Position numbers and translations under genes: made by a program. A DNA stretch of 64,000 nt. Source: Pseudovirgaria hyperparasitica (taxonomy: Eukaryota). The notes below the pieces were generated by a model. That model made no database searches. It saw nothing but the letters and a program-made list of their open reading frames with translations, and was not told where the DNA came from. The stretch lies in assembly GCA_010093815.1 (NCBI GenBank), contig ML996571.1. The stretch is one strand, 5' to 3'. Shown piece by piece: positions 34,177 through 45,414 of this stretch; positions within the stretch are counted from its first letter, which is position 1; every line of letters begins with the position of its first letter.

Positions 34177-37100
34177 TCACTTCTCATGGCGGTAGGTACA
34201 TTTGTCTCCTTTTCTGCACTTTCCGATTAGGAAGAAGTCGCAAGGCTTCGTGAACTTATTGGGGGGGTTTTCGGGGTCCCATTTAGGCTTCTTTCCTAGC
34301 TCTCTTCGATCCCCGTTGTCATTACGTTTTCTCTTGAAGTCATCGTATTGCTGATCATGATACTGTGGCAGCTGCTGCTGAGTCTGTATGTTCGCTGGCA
34401 TCTGCGACATGAGGGACGCCAATAATGCTTGAGGGTCATTATGTGAAGGATTGGCAAACGGGAGTCCTTGAGAGGCAGAGGAGAAAGTTGACTGGCTTGG
34501 CTGTGGCTGTGGCTGGGCTTGGGCGAACAGATTCCCTAGAAATGCATGTATGTCAGGAGCTGGGTTTGCCTGAGCGACTGGCGGTGCGAACGAACTGAGC
34601 AATTGCGACAGATGATTCGAGTTATTCTGTGCCTGAGCGGTAAGCTGTGTTACTGGCTGGATTGGTGGTTGGTAAGAGAGGTCCAGTGGCGCCGTTGTGG
34701 CTGATTGCGATGCAGTGGACTGGCTCTGGTGGCTCTTAAGAGAATCAAGTATGGCGCTGAGGTCTTGTGTGAGAGTGCCGTTGTTCAGCGGGGGCTGAGC
34801 TTGCTGAGGTTGGAAGGCAACTGCGCGGCGGAGCGTCCACTCTAATGGAACACCAAACTCGACCACAGGTATGCTATCTTCGCTTGGAAATTCGTTCGGT
34901 TCCCTAGGGGTTGGCGGAATATCCGCTGGATCATGGTAATACACCATCAAATTGTTGGCTTCGTACTGCTCTTGGGCTTCTTTATCTGGACTAACTGGAA
35001 TCTTGGTGCCGCCGCCATAAGGGATAAAATTGCTGCTTCGGATAGATTGATCAAAAACATCGAAGTCAATCGCAGAAGGAATCTTCCATTCGCGATGATT
35101 TTGCTCGGGGGCTATTTCTTCCTCTTCATCATTGTCCATCATCTCCTTATGTTTTTGTTTGAACATGCGTCCCTCTTCGTGCACACTACCAGCATTGCGG
35201 ACCATGCTTGCATCGTGACCGAAATCCTCGTCTGGGTCGTGCTCGAAGTATTTGATTGAGCAAAGCGCAGCGTCCGGCTTCCAAGTTACTCTGAGTTTGC
35301 GGCGCTCTTCCTTGCGTAGTCGCTTCGCTTTCTCCTCCGCTGTCTCCGGAGGTCGTTTGTCTTCTTGCTTGGTAGTTGGCTCTGAATCCTTTGGTTTCAA
35401 TAGATTCGCCATCGTATCAGAAAATGAAAAAGCCGGCTTTTGTGGCGCGGTAGTCGTAGGCTTTTTAGAAGTAACACTCATTGGTTGACTTTTCTTCGCA
35501 ATTGTGGATACACTCGGCTTTTTGGAAGCTGACTGGAGAACATAGGTAGGCGATGATTTGGCTACAACCTTAGGCTTCCCCATTGTGGCACTGATTGCAT
35601 AACTCGTAGCTTTTTCGACCGTTGCAGCAGAAGAAAGTTGACGCTTCTGTGCTGATTTAGCAGTACTTGCGACTGCTCCACTGGCTGTTGACATTCCGGA
35701 TCCTGACAATATTCTCTTCGCAGGTTGCCCTCCATCTCCTTCCGCTCGACGTTTGGTCGAATACGCAGCATCCACATTTATGCGCTTCAGCTGTTCTGGT
35801 TTTAATTTTGGGATGGCATCCTTCGATCCCGATGTTTGATCGGAGATAGGTGTGCTTGCTTTAACCTTCTGCTTGGACACGTTCGCGGCGTTTTCTTCAA
35901 TTGTCTTAATCTTTGCTTTCATACGGTCATCTCCCTTTCTTGCGAAAAGGGTAAGTGCTTTGGCTAGCTTTGTCTCTTCCATCATTTCAATGGACAAGGA
36001 AGTAGTGGAGGTGAGCATCTCAATGATAGTGTTACCAAGTGAGCTAGTGTAGTCCTTCTCCTTTACTCGCTCTGCCAGAAATGAATAGCAAACGAAAAGA
36101 AATGCTTTGTTCTGACCGAGAAGTCGAATCACTTCAGGGTGGCCGTTTTCTAGCGCGCTTCTCAAAGCCATCTCGAGCATTCCCCGTTGAATTTGAACGC
36201 GGTCTTTGAGTAGATCAATTTCGCCCAATCTCTTCTTTTCCTCCGCTTCCTTCACGGCATCACTATCCTTTTTCCAACGATCTTTTATAGTTCTAATCAA
36301 GTCCCAATAATCGCCTAAAGCGGTCCGAATTCGTTCCGCCTGTGCTCCGTCTCTTCGCGACAACCAGACGGCCTTGATCGTGTCGTACCGGACCGAATCA
36401 AGTGCTCCTGAGGGGCGGGTGCCCGGCAAAGGTGATGTCTCTTCGTCGTCTGACGAATCGTCATAGGATCCATCCGAACTTGAATCGCTGGCGTCACTTA
36501 ACTCTATCGGTGATCCTGTCGACTTTCGTGACAGGGCCGAGGAATGAGGTGAAATACGAACTCTGGCGTTGCTGCTCTTGGACTGCTTTGCAGGTCTTCT
36601 AGTGATCCTGTCCAACAGACTTTTATTACCAGAAGCTAGCAACTTGAGCTCTTTTCTTGACTTTCGTGGTACGTATTGCGGGATCGTAGTTCTGGTAACA
36701 TTGAGCTCCACTGGTTCGTTGCCTATGTGAACAAACTCGTCAAGGCTCACAGTACCAGTAGCCTTCTCAAGTTCTTTATCATCAATGATTAGAAACATTC
36801 CATGCACTTTAGCACGCGGAGGTTTGTCGAAATCTGTTCGCAACTGAACACCATTGACGCCTTGCCCATGAGATGATCCCGAAGAGAGCTGATAAGGCTG
36901 CACGCCGTTTATAGGCTGCTGATATGCTACAGGAGGGGTCGAGGCACTGCTGGCATATGTATTGTGTGCTTGCAAAACAGATGGGGCAATGGAACCATGC
37001 GGAGGTAACTGAGAGTAAGACGATATTGGTAGACCATAGTTGGTGTGAGCAGATCCGGAGACTAGAGATGGATCCACGGTTGGTTGCGCGAACCCACGAC

Positions 37101-37476
37101 GTGCATCGTTAGCTATTCCTTCCCGGTATGGTACAGGACTGTTGGAGAAGGATCGCCCGTAAAGAGCCTGGTTATTAAAAGCTGGATTGATAGCATTTTG
37201 GGAATAGTGTTGCTGCTGGCCCGGAGGTTGTTGATGTGGTTGTTGATGCTGCTGCTGCTGCCAAGAGTGAAGCTGGACATTGGTATGGCCATGTGCTGCA
37301 GCAGGCTGGCTATCAGGAAGGTTGTAGCTGACAGTGTATGGAGCATCGCCATAAAAATTCGTGTAGCCAGCGAGATCTTGAGTGTTGGAATATAGCTGAG
37401 GTGTGTTACTGTCACTATTGCGGCTCCCTGCTTGCTGCGTGTGGAAGTTATCGAGGTGCACGTGATTCGAAGCCAT
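34177..37476 (-). CDS. PNUTS/Ppn1-like PP1 regulatory subunit (TFIIS-N-like helical region, RVxW motif, C-terminal CCCH finger)
   Basis: About 1100 codons without an intron. MMEETKLAKAL helical region, RKLRVTWKP PP1-docking motif, CDFFLIGKCRKGDKCTYRH finger. Probable 5'UTR intron 37539-37485. Confidence 0.7.
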   Translation of the reverse strand: MASNHVHLDNFHTQQAGSRNSDSNTPQLYSNTQDLAGYTNFYGDAPYTVSYNLPDSQPAAAHGHTNVQLHSWQQQQHQQPHQQPPGQQQHYSQNAINPAFNNQALYGRSFSNSPVPYREGIANDARRGFAQPTVDPSLVSGSAHTNYGLPISSYSQLPPHGSIAPSVLQAHNTYASSASTPPVAYQQPINGVQPYQLSSGSSHGQGVNGVQLRTDFDKPPRAKVHGMFLIIDDKELEKATGTVSLDEFVHIGNEPVELNVTRTTIPQYVPRKSRKELKLLASGNKSLLDRITRRPAKQSKSSNARVRISPHSSALSRKSTGSPIELSDASDSSSDGSYDDSSDDEETSPLPGTRPSGALDSVRYDTIKAVWLSRRDGAQAERIRTALGDYWDLIRTIKDRWKKDSDAVKEAEEKKRLGEIDLLKDRVQIQRGMLEMALRSALENGHPEVIRLLGQNKAFLFVCYSFLAERVKEKDYTSSLGNTIIEMLTSTTSLSIEMMEETKLAKALTLFARKGDDRMKAKIKTIEENAANVSKQKVKASTPISDQTSGSKDAIPKLKPEQLKRINVDAAYSTKRRAEGDGGQPAKRILSGSGMSTASGAVASTAKSAQKRQLSSAATVEKATSYAISATMGKPKVVAKSSPTYVLQSASKKPSVSTIAKKSQPMSVTSKKPTTTAPQKPAFSFSDTMANLLKPKDSEPTTKQEDKRPPETAEEKAKRLRKEERRKLRVTWKPDAALCSIKYFEHDPDEDFGHDASMVRNAGSVHEEGRMFKQKHKEMMDNDEEEEIAPEQNHREWKIPSAIDFDVFDQSIRSSNFIPYGGGTKIPVSPDKEAQEQYEANNLMVYYHDPADIPPTPREPNEFPSEDSIPVVEFGVPLEWTLRRAVAFQPQQAQPPLNNGTLTQDLSAILDSLKSHQSQSTASQSATTAPLDLSYQPPIQPVTQLTAQAQNNSNHLSQLLSSFAPPVAQANPAPDIHAFLGNLFAQAQPQPQPSQSTFSSASQGLPFANPSHNDPQALLASLMSQMPANIQTQQQLPQYHDQQYDDFKRKRNDNGDRRELGKKPKWDPENPPNKFTKPCDFFLIGKCRKGDKCTYRHEK

Positions 37477-38414
37477 GTTTGACACTTATTCAGTTAATGC
37501 GGTCCGTGTGCCCCTCTTCTATGAGATGGGAAGACCCACCACAGACTGGGCACTGTGTCTGATTGGCCAGAAGCGGGCGAGGGAGCAAGACTAGCCAGAT
37601 CCGGATATGAAAGGCTAGGTGAGACCCGACTTTGGAAGAGTGCAGGAGATCCTAGGATCTTCGTGTCGCAGTACTTGTCGGTCCACGTGCAAGCAAGATG
37701 GGCGTGAATTGCTGCTCTTGTTGACGATGTGCTGATGTTGGTGCTGATGCTGGTGCAGTGGTGAGTGACGGTGCCAGGCTTGAGTTTGGTTCCCTCTCGC
37801 AGCCTGGGCAGAGATGACTATCGTCTCAGGCCGGTCTCAAGGGGGACCTCTGCAGCGCGTTTGGCTCACTTTTCTCAGTTGGCCTGGGCTAGGCTGGCTG
37901 TCTGGCAGGACTGTGAGACGATTTGCAACATCTATTGCGTGCCGTAACAATTCCAGAATCCTTGCCTGTGCAATAAACTCCTGGTGTCTGCTTCCCAATT
38001 GCTCGCACTCGCTTCTAATCAGGATGTGTCGCTGGCCGTGTCCTTGGCCTCTACCGAGTTAAGCCCAACGTCTCTCAGCAAGTATGCAAGTCAACGAAAC
38101 ACAAGTCCCTCAACAAGACAGCTTATGAGCAATGATTGTGCTGTAGGGCCTTAATTCTGGTAAACTTTGATTCGCGATACCTTATCAGACTGAGCCTGCT
38201 TAAAGCGTCACTTGTGCGGATGAATTGGAATCGCACCCTCCGCCACCTGCAGACGATCTCAATCTCGCGCACAGGGTGTTGTGAATTATGTGCTAACGCA
38301 TGCGTCAAAGCAACTTTGATGGAGAACTTTACTGCGATGCTTTTATACGGGAAAAGAGCGAGTACAAGCGCTGTGATGGAATTCTTAGGGAATTGAGCAA
38401 TTCGAGGTTTGGTG

Positions 38415-38550
38415 ATATGAGAGTGAAGGTGAGAGTGAGAGAGGGAGTGCAGGCGGGGGTGTATATGTCAGTGTGTGAGCGCGAGTGTGAGTGAGTATGG
38501 GTGTAATGTGAGTGTGAATGTAAGTGTGTGAGTGAGAGTGAGAGACGGGA
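38415..38550. repeat. Degenerate (GT)/(GA)/GTGA low-complexity tract between divergent genes
   Basis: gtgagtgagt/gagagtga arrays seen directly. Confidence 0.7.
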
Positions 38551-38902
38551 GGTGGATGATGGGCGGATGGGCGGAGGGAAGATGAGAAGGAGAAAGAAGT
38601 TGCGGCGAGGGCGAGGGAGCAGCTTCTATGGAAGCGCACGGCTTAATTGCGGACGCGCTAAACTGACAGAAATTCGACCCGCGTGCTGCTCGCTGGAACA
38701 AACGAGGTACCTGGGTGGGTGGAGTTGGCGTCGCTGTTTTGATAGCGAGCCTCCAAACCTGTGTAAGAGGACTGCGGACTTATTTGCCCCAGGGCGAACA
38801 CCACACTTTTCTGGGTAAAATAACCGCGCTCTTCCCATATAGGTGTCGAATGCAGTAACAGATCAACCTGGCTGAGTGCAGCCCATCCACTCAATCGCAA
38901 AC

Positions 38903-41228
38903 ATGGCCTCTACATACCAAAGCCTCCGTGACAAGCAGATTGGTAAGTCTGTCCCTCTTCACAACACGCGCCATTCATTTTAACGCCTACCAGCTGCGAT
39001 AAGTAGAGTCCTAAATTTGAACCACATCTCCTCCGCTAGCGACTCTCAGAACGAATCTACCTCCAATGGCCGTGCTAAGTCAAACCCGATACTTGATGAA
39101 GATGGCGAGCCGATATGGAAAGTTCTAATATTCGATAACCTTGGACGTGATGTGATTAGCAGCGTACTCAGAGTGAACGATCTGAGAGGATATGGTGTTA
39201 CAGTGCATCTGTGAGTACGCTTAGGCCTGCGTGCTACAAACACAAGACAGCGAGGCACTTATACCTGACAGGTCTCCAGAAACATAAACACCACAAGGCA
39301 TACAATCCCGGATGTGCCCGCCGTCTATTTCGTCGAGCCTACTCCAGCAAACCTCCAGATCGTTACGTCAGATCTCGCGCGCAATCTTTACTCCCCCGCG
39401 TACCTCAACTTCCTGTCATCAATACCTCGACCTCTTCTCGAAGATTTCGCCACGCAAATCGCAACTACTGGGACTTCGGAACATCTCGCTCAGATATATG
39501 ATCAATATCTGAATTTTATAGTAACAGAACCGGATTTATTCAGCCTTGGCTTGGGCCAGGACCCATACTGGGTCTTGAATAGTGGACGTGTGGAGGATTC
39601 GGTTGTCGAGGCCACAATCGAGCGCATCGTCAGTGGCCTCTTCAGTGTAGTCGTCACTACGGGTACGTGTCTGCCGCGATAGTCCCGGCTCTGGCTAAAT
39701 AACCATAAAGGTACCATCCCAATCATACGATGTCCCAAAGAGGGAGCTGCGGAGATGATTGCTGCACGGCTAGACCGTAAGCTAAGGGACCATATATTGA
39801 ACTCGAAAGACAACCTGTTTTCTGGGTCAACTCAGAAGTCACAAGCCACTGTTGGGACACCAGCCGCCCGCCCAGTCTTAATCATCGTCGATAGGAACGT
39901 GGATCTCGTGCCTATGTTCTCACATTCGTGGACATACCAGTCTCTGATTCATGACGTTCTCAAAATGCGCCTAAATCAGATCGAAGTTGAAACGCCTGCA
40001 GACGAAAGCAAACCTGGGAAGGGACCATCGAAGCGAACATACGATTTGAACGCGAGTGATTTTTTTTGGACAAAGAACGCCGGTGTTCCGTTCCCGCAAG
40101 TTGCTGAGGATATTGATGCAGAGCTTACGCGGTACAAAGATGATGCCCACGAAATCACCCGTGGTACAGGAGCTTCCTCAATCGAAGATCTACAGAATGA
40201 TACTTCATCGTCTGCCAAACATCTGAAAGCAGCTTTGACTCTACTTCCCGAACTCCAGGAACGCAAAACTACACTTGATATGCATATGAACATTGCTACC
40301 GCTCTTCTTAAGGAGATCAAAACCCGTCAGCTAGATAATTACTATCAGCTTGAAGAGACAATCACAAAGCAAAACAAAGCCCAAATGCTCGACCTAATCA
40401 ATGACAAAGATAAGGGTACTGAGCCCAAGGATAAGTTGCGTGTCTTCATTATATGGTTTCTCAGCTACGAGCAAGACTTGGGCTCTGATGAAATGAGACG
40501 CTTTGAAACAGCATTGCGAAATGCCGGTGCTGACACTCTACCTCTAGCCTTTATCCGGAGGTCAGTCTCACACTACTTTCTCACATTGTAGTTTCATTAA
40601 CAAGTGTAGTGTGCGACAAATTACACGCGTGAATATGATGACCTCGTCTCTGGCTCCTGCCTCCCAGCCATCGGCATCCAACGAATTATTCCGCGGATTT
40701 AGCTCCATCTCCAGTAGGCTCACTGATCGTTTCAAAGATGCACAACTCGGGCAAAATTTCGAGAGTCTCATATCGGGTGTCAAGAATTTTTTACCAGCGA
40801 ATAAGGACTTGACCCTTACTAAAATCACCGAGTCTATTATGGATCCACAAAACGCTGCCTCGTCAGCCATTGCGAAGACGGAGAACTACCTATACTATGA
40901 CCCACGCAGTGCAAACGCTCGCGGAACTATGCCTCCAATGAATCAAGCAAAGAATCAGCAAGGCGGTTCTGTTGGCAGAGGGATCGACGCGAGCTTTGGA
41001 CAGAGACGCCAAGGATTCAACGAGGCCATTGTGTTCACGGTTGGCGGTGGAAGTATGGACGAGTATGGAAATCTTCAGGAATGGGCGCAACGGACAAGTG
41101 GTGGTGGTGGGAACGCCTCGACGATAGGACCTCGACGACGAGTGGCGTACGGCAGTACAGAGATAATCAACTCTGAAGACTTTCTTTCCGACGTCTTGAC
41201 ACGACTAGGTAACGAATTAGGAGCATAG
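38903..41228 (+). CDS. SLY1: Sec1/Munc18-family ER-Golgi protein Sly1; introns 38943-38993, 39211-39279, 39663-39710, 40561-40609
   Basis: [69 protein letters not shown] and YGSTEI. All introns restore frame. Confidence 0.96.
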
Positions 41229-41924
41229 ACCAAATCTTCATACAAGTAAGTAGTCGCATGTACCTTTACTGAGATGGTCGAGCAGACTCTAGGATGCATA
41301 TGTATTGATGAGTGTTTGCGTATCGTACCTTGCACATGACTAGCTAGAGGACAAACGATTTCAGAGATTGCCGGTATACACTGGCTATGCAATGCGGAAA
41401 TTGAACTGTAACCAGTTTGTCCGTATGATCGGGGAGCGATCATCCTCGTCGAAGGAACAAGCCTAGTCTTTTAGGGCAAAGTCCTTAAGAAGGCTAACGA
41501 TATAAGCTATGCAACCAGCAGTAATTACACATTGCTGGTAGAGTCATATAACATGTCGAGTTAGGACTGCCTATGTGTGGTGAGGTGATAGAAAATACAC
41601 GTTAATAAGCTCGAGTTCCAAACGCCAAGCATGCCATTCCGTTCGAAGCTCCGGTCCCGGTACTTTTGACGTGTGGTCATCCTCACACTGAATACTTTCA
41701 CTGATTGATGCACGTTAAAACACCTTTTTTCCACCCCCTCTATCATCGTCACGTCCACTCTAATCTACGCCCTACCTTTCGTTCTCAAGATCGACGTTAC
41801 TGCCGGACCCGACAGACTTGTCTCCTACAGGCCATTGCTTACGGTAGTCTGCCCATCAATACGCTCTGACCCGCGACCATCTTCCGCAACCTGTTTGCCA
41901 CTTCTACTTTCTACCAGGCGCTTG

Positions 41925-44053
41925 ATGAAAATGGCTGCACAACGTAGGAGGAATATTGTCCAACGTCGCCGTCGGAATGAAGAGGAAGGAGACGATGAAG
42001 CGTCAGTGGTGACTGACCATAACGATGACTCGCAGAGCGAAGGATCGATCCAGAGTGATCAGGACGCGGATGCAGATGCTAGCGATTTGAGCGACACTGA
42101 AACACCCGGACCATTGAACGATTCAGAAATTCATAGGAAACCTCAGTCTCGCCAACAGCGATCTGACAACATTCGCAGCGGTCAGAATGAAATACTGACA
42201 GGGGAAAATGGTGATAAATTCTTTCCACAGTCTACCGACACGGTTGTGATGATGAATGGATTGAACTTATCCGAATCAGTTGCGAAAGACGAAGGGGTCG
42301 ATTTTGAGACACTGAATCGCAAGAGACATGCTGTTCCCACACACCCTGTCATTGTGACTAGTAAACAGGAGACACCCGCCGAAAGAAGGAGACGCGAGCA
42401 TGAGGAATATCGCAGAAAGAAGGAAGATGATCCTGCCTTCATTCCGAACAGAGGACCCTTCTTCATGCACGACCAGCGGGCCTCTGGCCCAGGAGCAAAT
42501 GGTTTTCGATCGATAGCAAGAGGTCGAGGAAGAGGGAGGGGTGGTGTGGGTGCACCTTTTGCATCACACAAGTATGAACTCAGTATGTCATTTGGCTTCA
42601 AGTACTGACAGAGTCCAGTGATGTTGCTCCACCTGACGAAACCTTAAGCGGACCTTGGGCTCACGATCTACATCAGTCTCTTCTGGATCAAGACGGCAGA
42701 GCGCAACTGTCTATAAATCCTACATATCCCTCTTTCTCGAATACTCAATCTGCAGTGCGGAAGGCTATCCCTGCACCATCCCGACCGAACCTCGCACAAT
42801 CCTTCTCTACCACCCGCGAGATAGCGAAAGCTCTTATACGTGTCTCGCTTCCTGGTATGGAAGTGCCCGTTAACTTCGCAGATGTTCCGCTCAAATTATA
42901 CGCTCGGCTCCCGAACCATCGGCCGCCTTTGCGAAGAGACAAACCAGTACGAATATCATTGCCTAACCATCCACCGCGATATATATTTCCTTCTACTGAG
43001 CGATCATTCATCTTCATTCCGCGAGCTATGCGTCCAAATCAGCAAGGATTTGGCAGAGGGCGAGGCAGAGGTATTGGATCCATGGGAGGCTTCTCGAGTC
43101 GTCGGACAAGTGTATATGCTGGCAGCGTCAACTCGCCAAGCGTGGCTATGAGCAGGAGATCTTCTCTTGCACGGGAATTCCCCCGAGACGGCATCATCTC
43201 GCCTACAGGGTCCGTCGTGTCCAGACCACCGGGTTCATCTGACATGGTCAAGCCTATCGTTCGTCTGCCACCTGGACAGACGCAGGCTTCAGCATTCGGA
43301 CATGCGACACCAATAGTGAACATACCTCCCCCATCTACATATCCCTTACCACAGCGACCCGCTTTCAGAGAGAACTCTGCAGGCCTTCCGATGTACCAGC
43401 CTCGTCCACAGAAAGCTGTGTCGATGGCCGGTATAGAGTCGCCTGTGAATGTTTTTGCGGCGCCTCTGCAGCAAGAACAACTTCCGTTTCACCAGCAAGT
43501 GCCTCCTCAATTGAACGGACAAGGTCCTCCAGACCAAACGCAACAATACCCTCCTCATACACGACAGCTTTCCTATCCAAGTCAGCCATCGACAGGGACT
43601 CCACTTTCTCACATTCCAGAACGTGCTATTCATGCACAGCCATTCCAGCCTTACCAGCAATCAGGATATCCTATGCCCAACGGATATGCGCCTGGCTATT
43701 TCTATGCTCCTTCAAATCCTCCTCAGGGCCAATATCCTACCGTAACACCAAGCGGTATGGTTCCAATGTACATGCAGGGTGGCCAGTCAGGTACATATAT
43801 GTTACCGGCAGGACCTGCGTCTGTATCTGTCCCTGTTACCAACACGACACAGTCGCAAGCTAGTATGGTGGCGCACGAGGCCAACGGGACGGTGTATTAT
43901 TATGATCCATTCAGCGTATACACTGCAACAGCTATGGAGGGCTATGCTCCTACGAGCTACGCAGTACCTGGGATTGGTGGCATGATGACACCCAGTCCTG
44001 ATGGGTATCACTACCCACAGATGCAACCAGGTGGGACAGTGTACTACGGGTAA
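41925..44053 (+). CDS. Btz/CASC3 (Barentsz) domain exon-junction-complex protein; intron 42572-42618
   Basis: DPAFIPNRGPFFMHDQR ... WAHDLH Btz domain completed by splicing; RG-rich repeats; Pro/Gln/Tyr-rich tail with GTVYY motifs. Start at 41925 or 41931. Confidence 0.85.
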
Positions 44054-45414
44054 CGAAAGCAACACGTCCCTGTGGATTGGCAATAGCAACACCGCGTTCT
44101 TGTAACATGTACATGTCGTCCGTTTAGCGAGTCTAATCTTGGCGTCTTGCTCTTTATATAACTTACCGTTTCCATGTTGAGGTCGAAGGTTCATTTTGAG
44201 GGCACTCTTTTTGCATGGAGTTGGTTTGCGGTCAGCAACAGGTCCTTCGAGAGGCACATTCATCAATGTCATACGAACGCTACGGCCGTGGTACTATGCG
44301 CGGACGCAGTACGTCTACAGAATCAAACACCTTTCATATAATCACACAGTCTTCTTTATTCTTCTGGCCCAGAAATAAAATGAAGCAATGTCCATTCATT
44401 TGCGCTCTCTGGGTTAAACTCATTCGCAATGGAGGGGCTGACAGACGGTCGATTGGGCTAGATGGAAGTGGTCTGTAGAGAATAAAGATCATAAACTTAT
44501 CAGAAGGTGCTTGAAATGCACGAAGGTTGACATTACAGACCGAGTGGAGGTCTCTGGTGAAGCAGAAGAAGTGTACAATTGGATTCTCTTGAGCAATTGC
44601 AACGTCAGTCTTCAGCACAAATGTGATCTTATGTTCAATAAGGGACGCTAATAGTGAGACCGTGCGTGTTGGGCCGCGTATTCGCTTCGCATCATGTGAT
44701 AAACTCAGTCGATTAGTTCCGTTGATTACAGTTTCGAGGATCACGGCAGGTGACGTAGCAGAGATTCAACTGTATAGTGAAAGCCATCATATACAGGATT
44801 AAGTCAACATCCTTTCTACCATCGCACGTGATTGGGGTCCGTGCTAAAGTCCTTGTGGAATGCAGGTAAAATGGTAGCCTAAACAGGTGACAAGTAGACC
44901 AATAAACAGGCGACATTGATGTCGACGAGGGGCAGTGAAATCGTGATACATAAAGTCAGCGTTGTCCTGTCCAGTGCAGTGAAAATCTAACACCACCACG
45001 GTGGTCCAGTCACGGGTTGACCAGTCACCAGTTCAGCGCAGGTTTAGTCCCCCTTGACCGGAGCTGGACGTGAATCGTTAACCGTGCTAGCTTGACAGCT
45101 CCGTAAGCTGAGCCATAGCCCCAATCCATCCAGGCTCCCCTCAACTACCACCTCCTCCACCCTGATACTTCCCAATCCACCTTGCCTCTCTTCACCTCCA
45201 CTTTCGCCTCCATATCTCCACCTCCACCTCCACCTCCCGTCGCCATCGGTCTTCATCAGACTCCGCTATCGACTCTCTACAAGAACTTCTGTCGCTCTCT
45301 GCGCTTCGAGGCTGCATCCATAGCAGTTTCGAAAGCTACACTGCAAATAAGGTCCGAAGGCTGTTGCTTCAATACGTCACCTCATCTCCCCAGCAGTGTG
45401 CATCAACTGCTATT

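Noticed and set aside
37484..37675. Start codon formed by splicing (A|TG) using a GTACTG donor at 37674
   Set aside because: A closer GTGGGT donor at 37539 gives a typical 55-nt 5'UTR intron and is more parsimonious.
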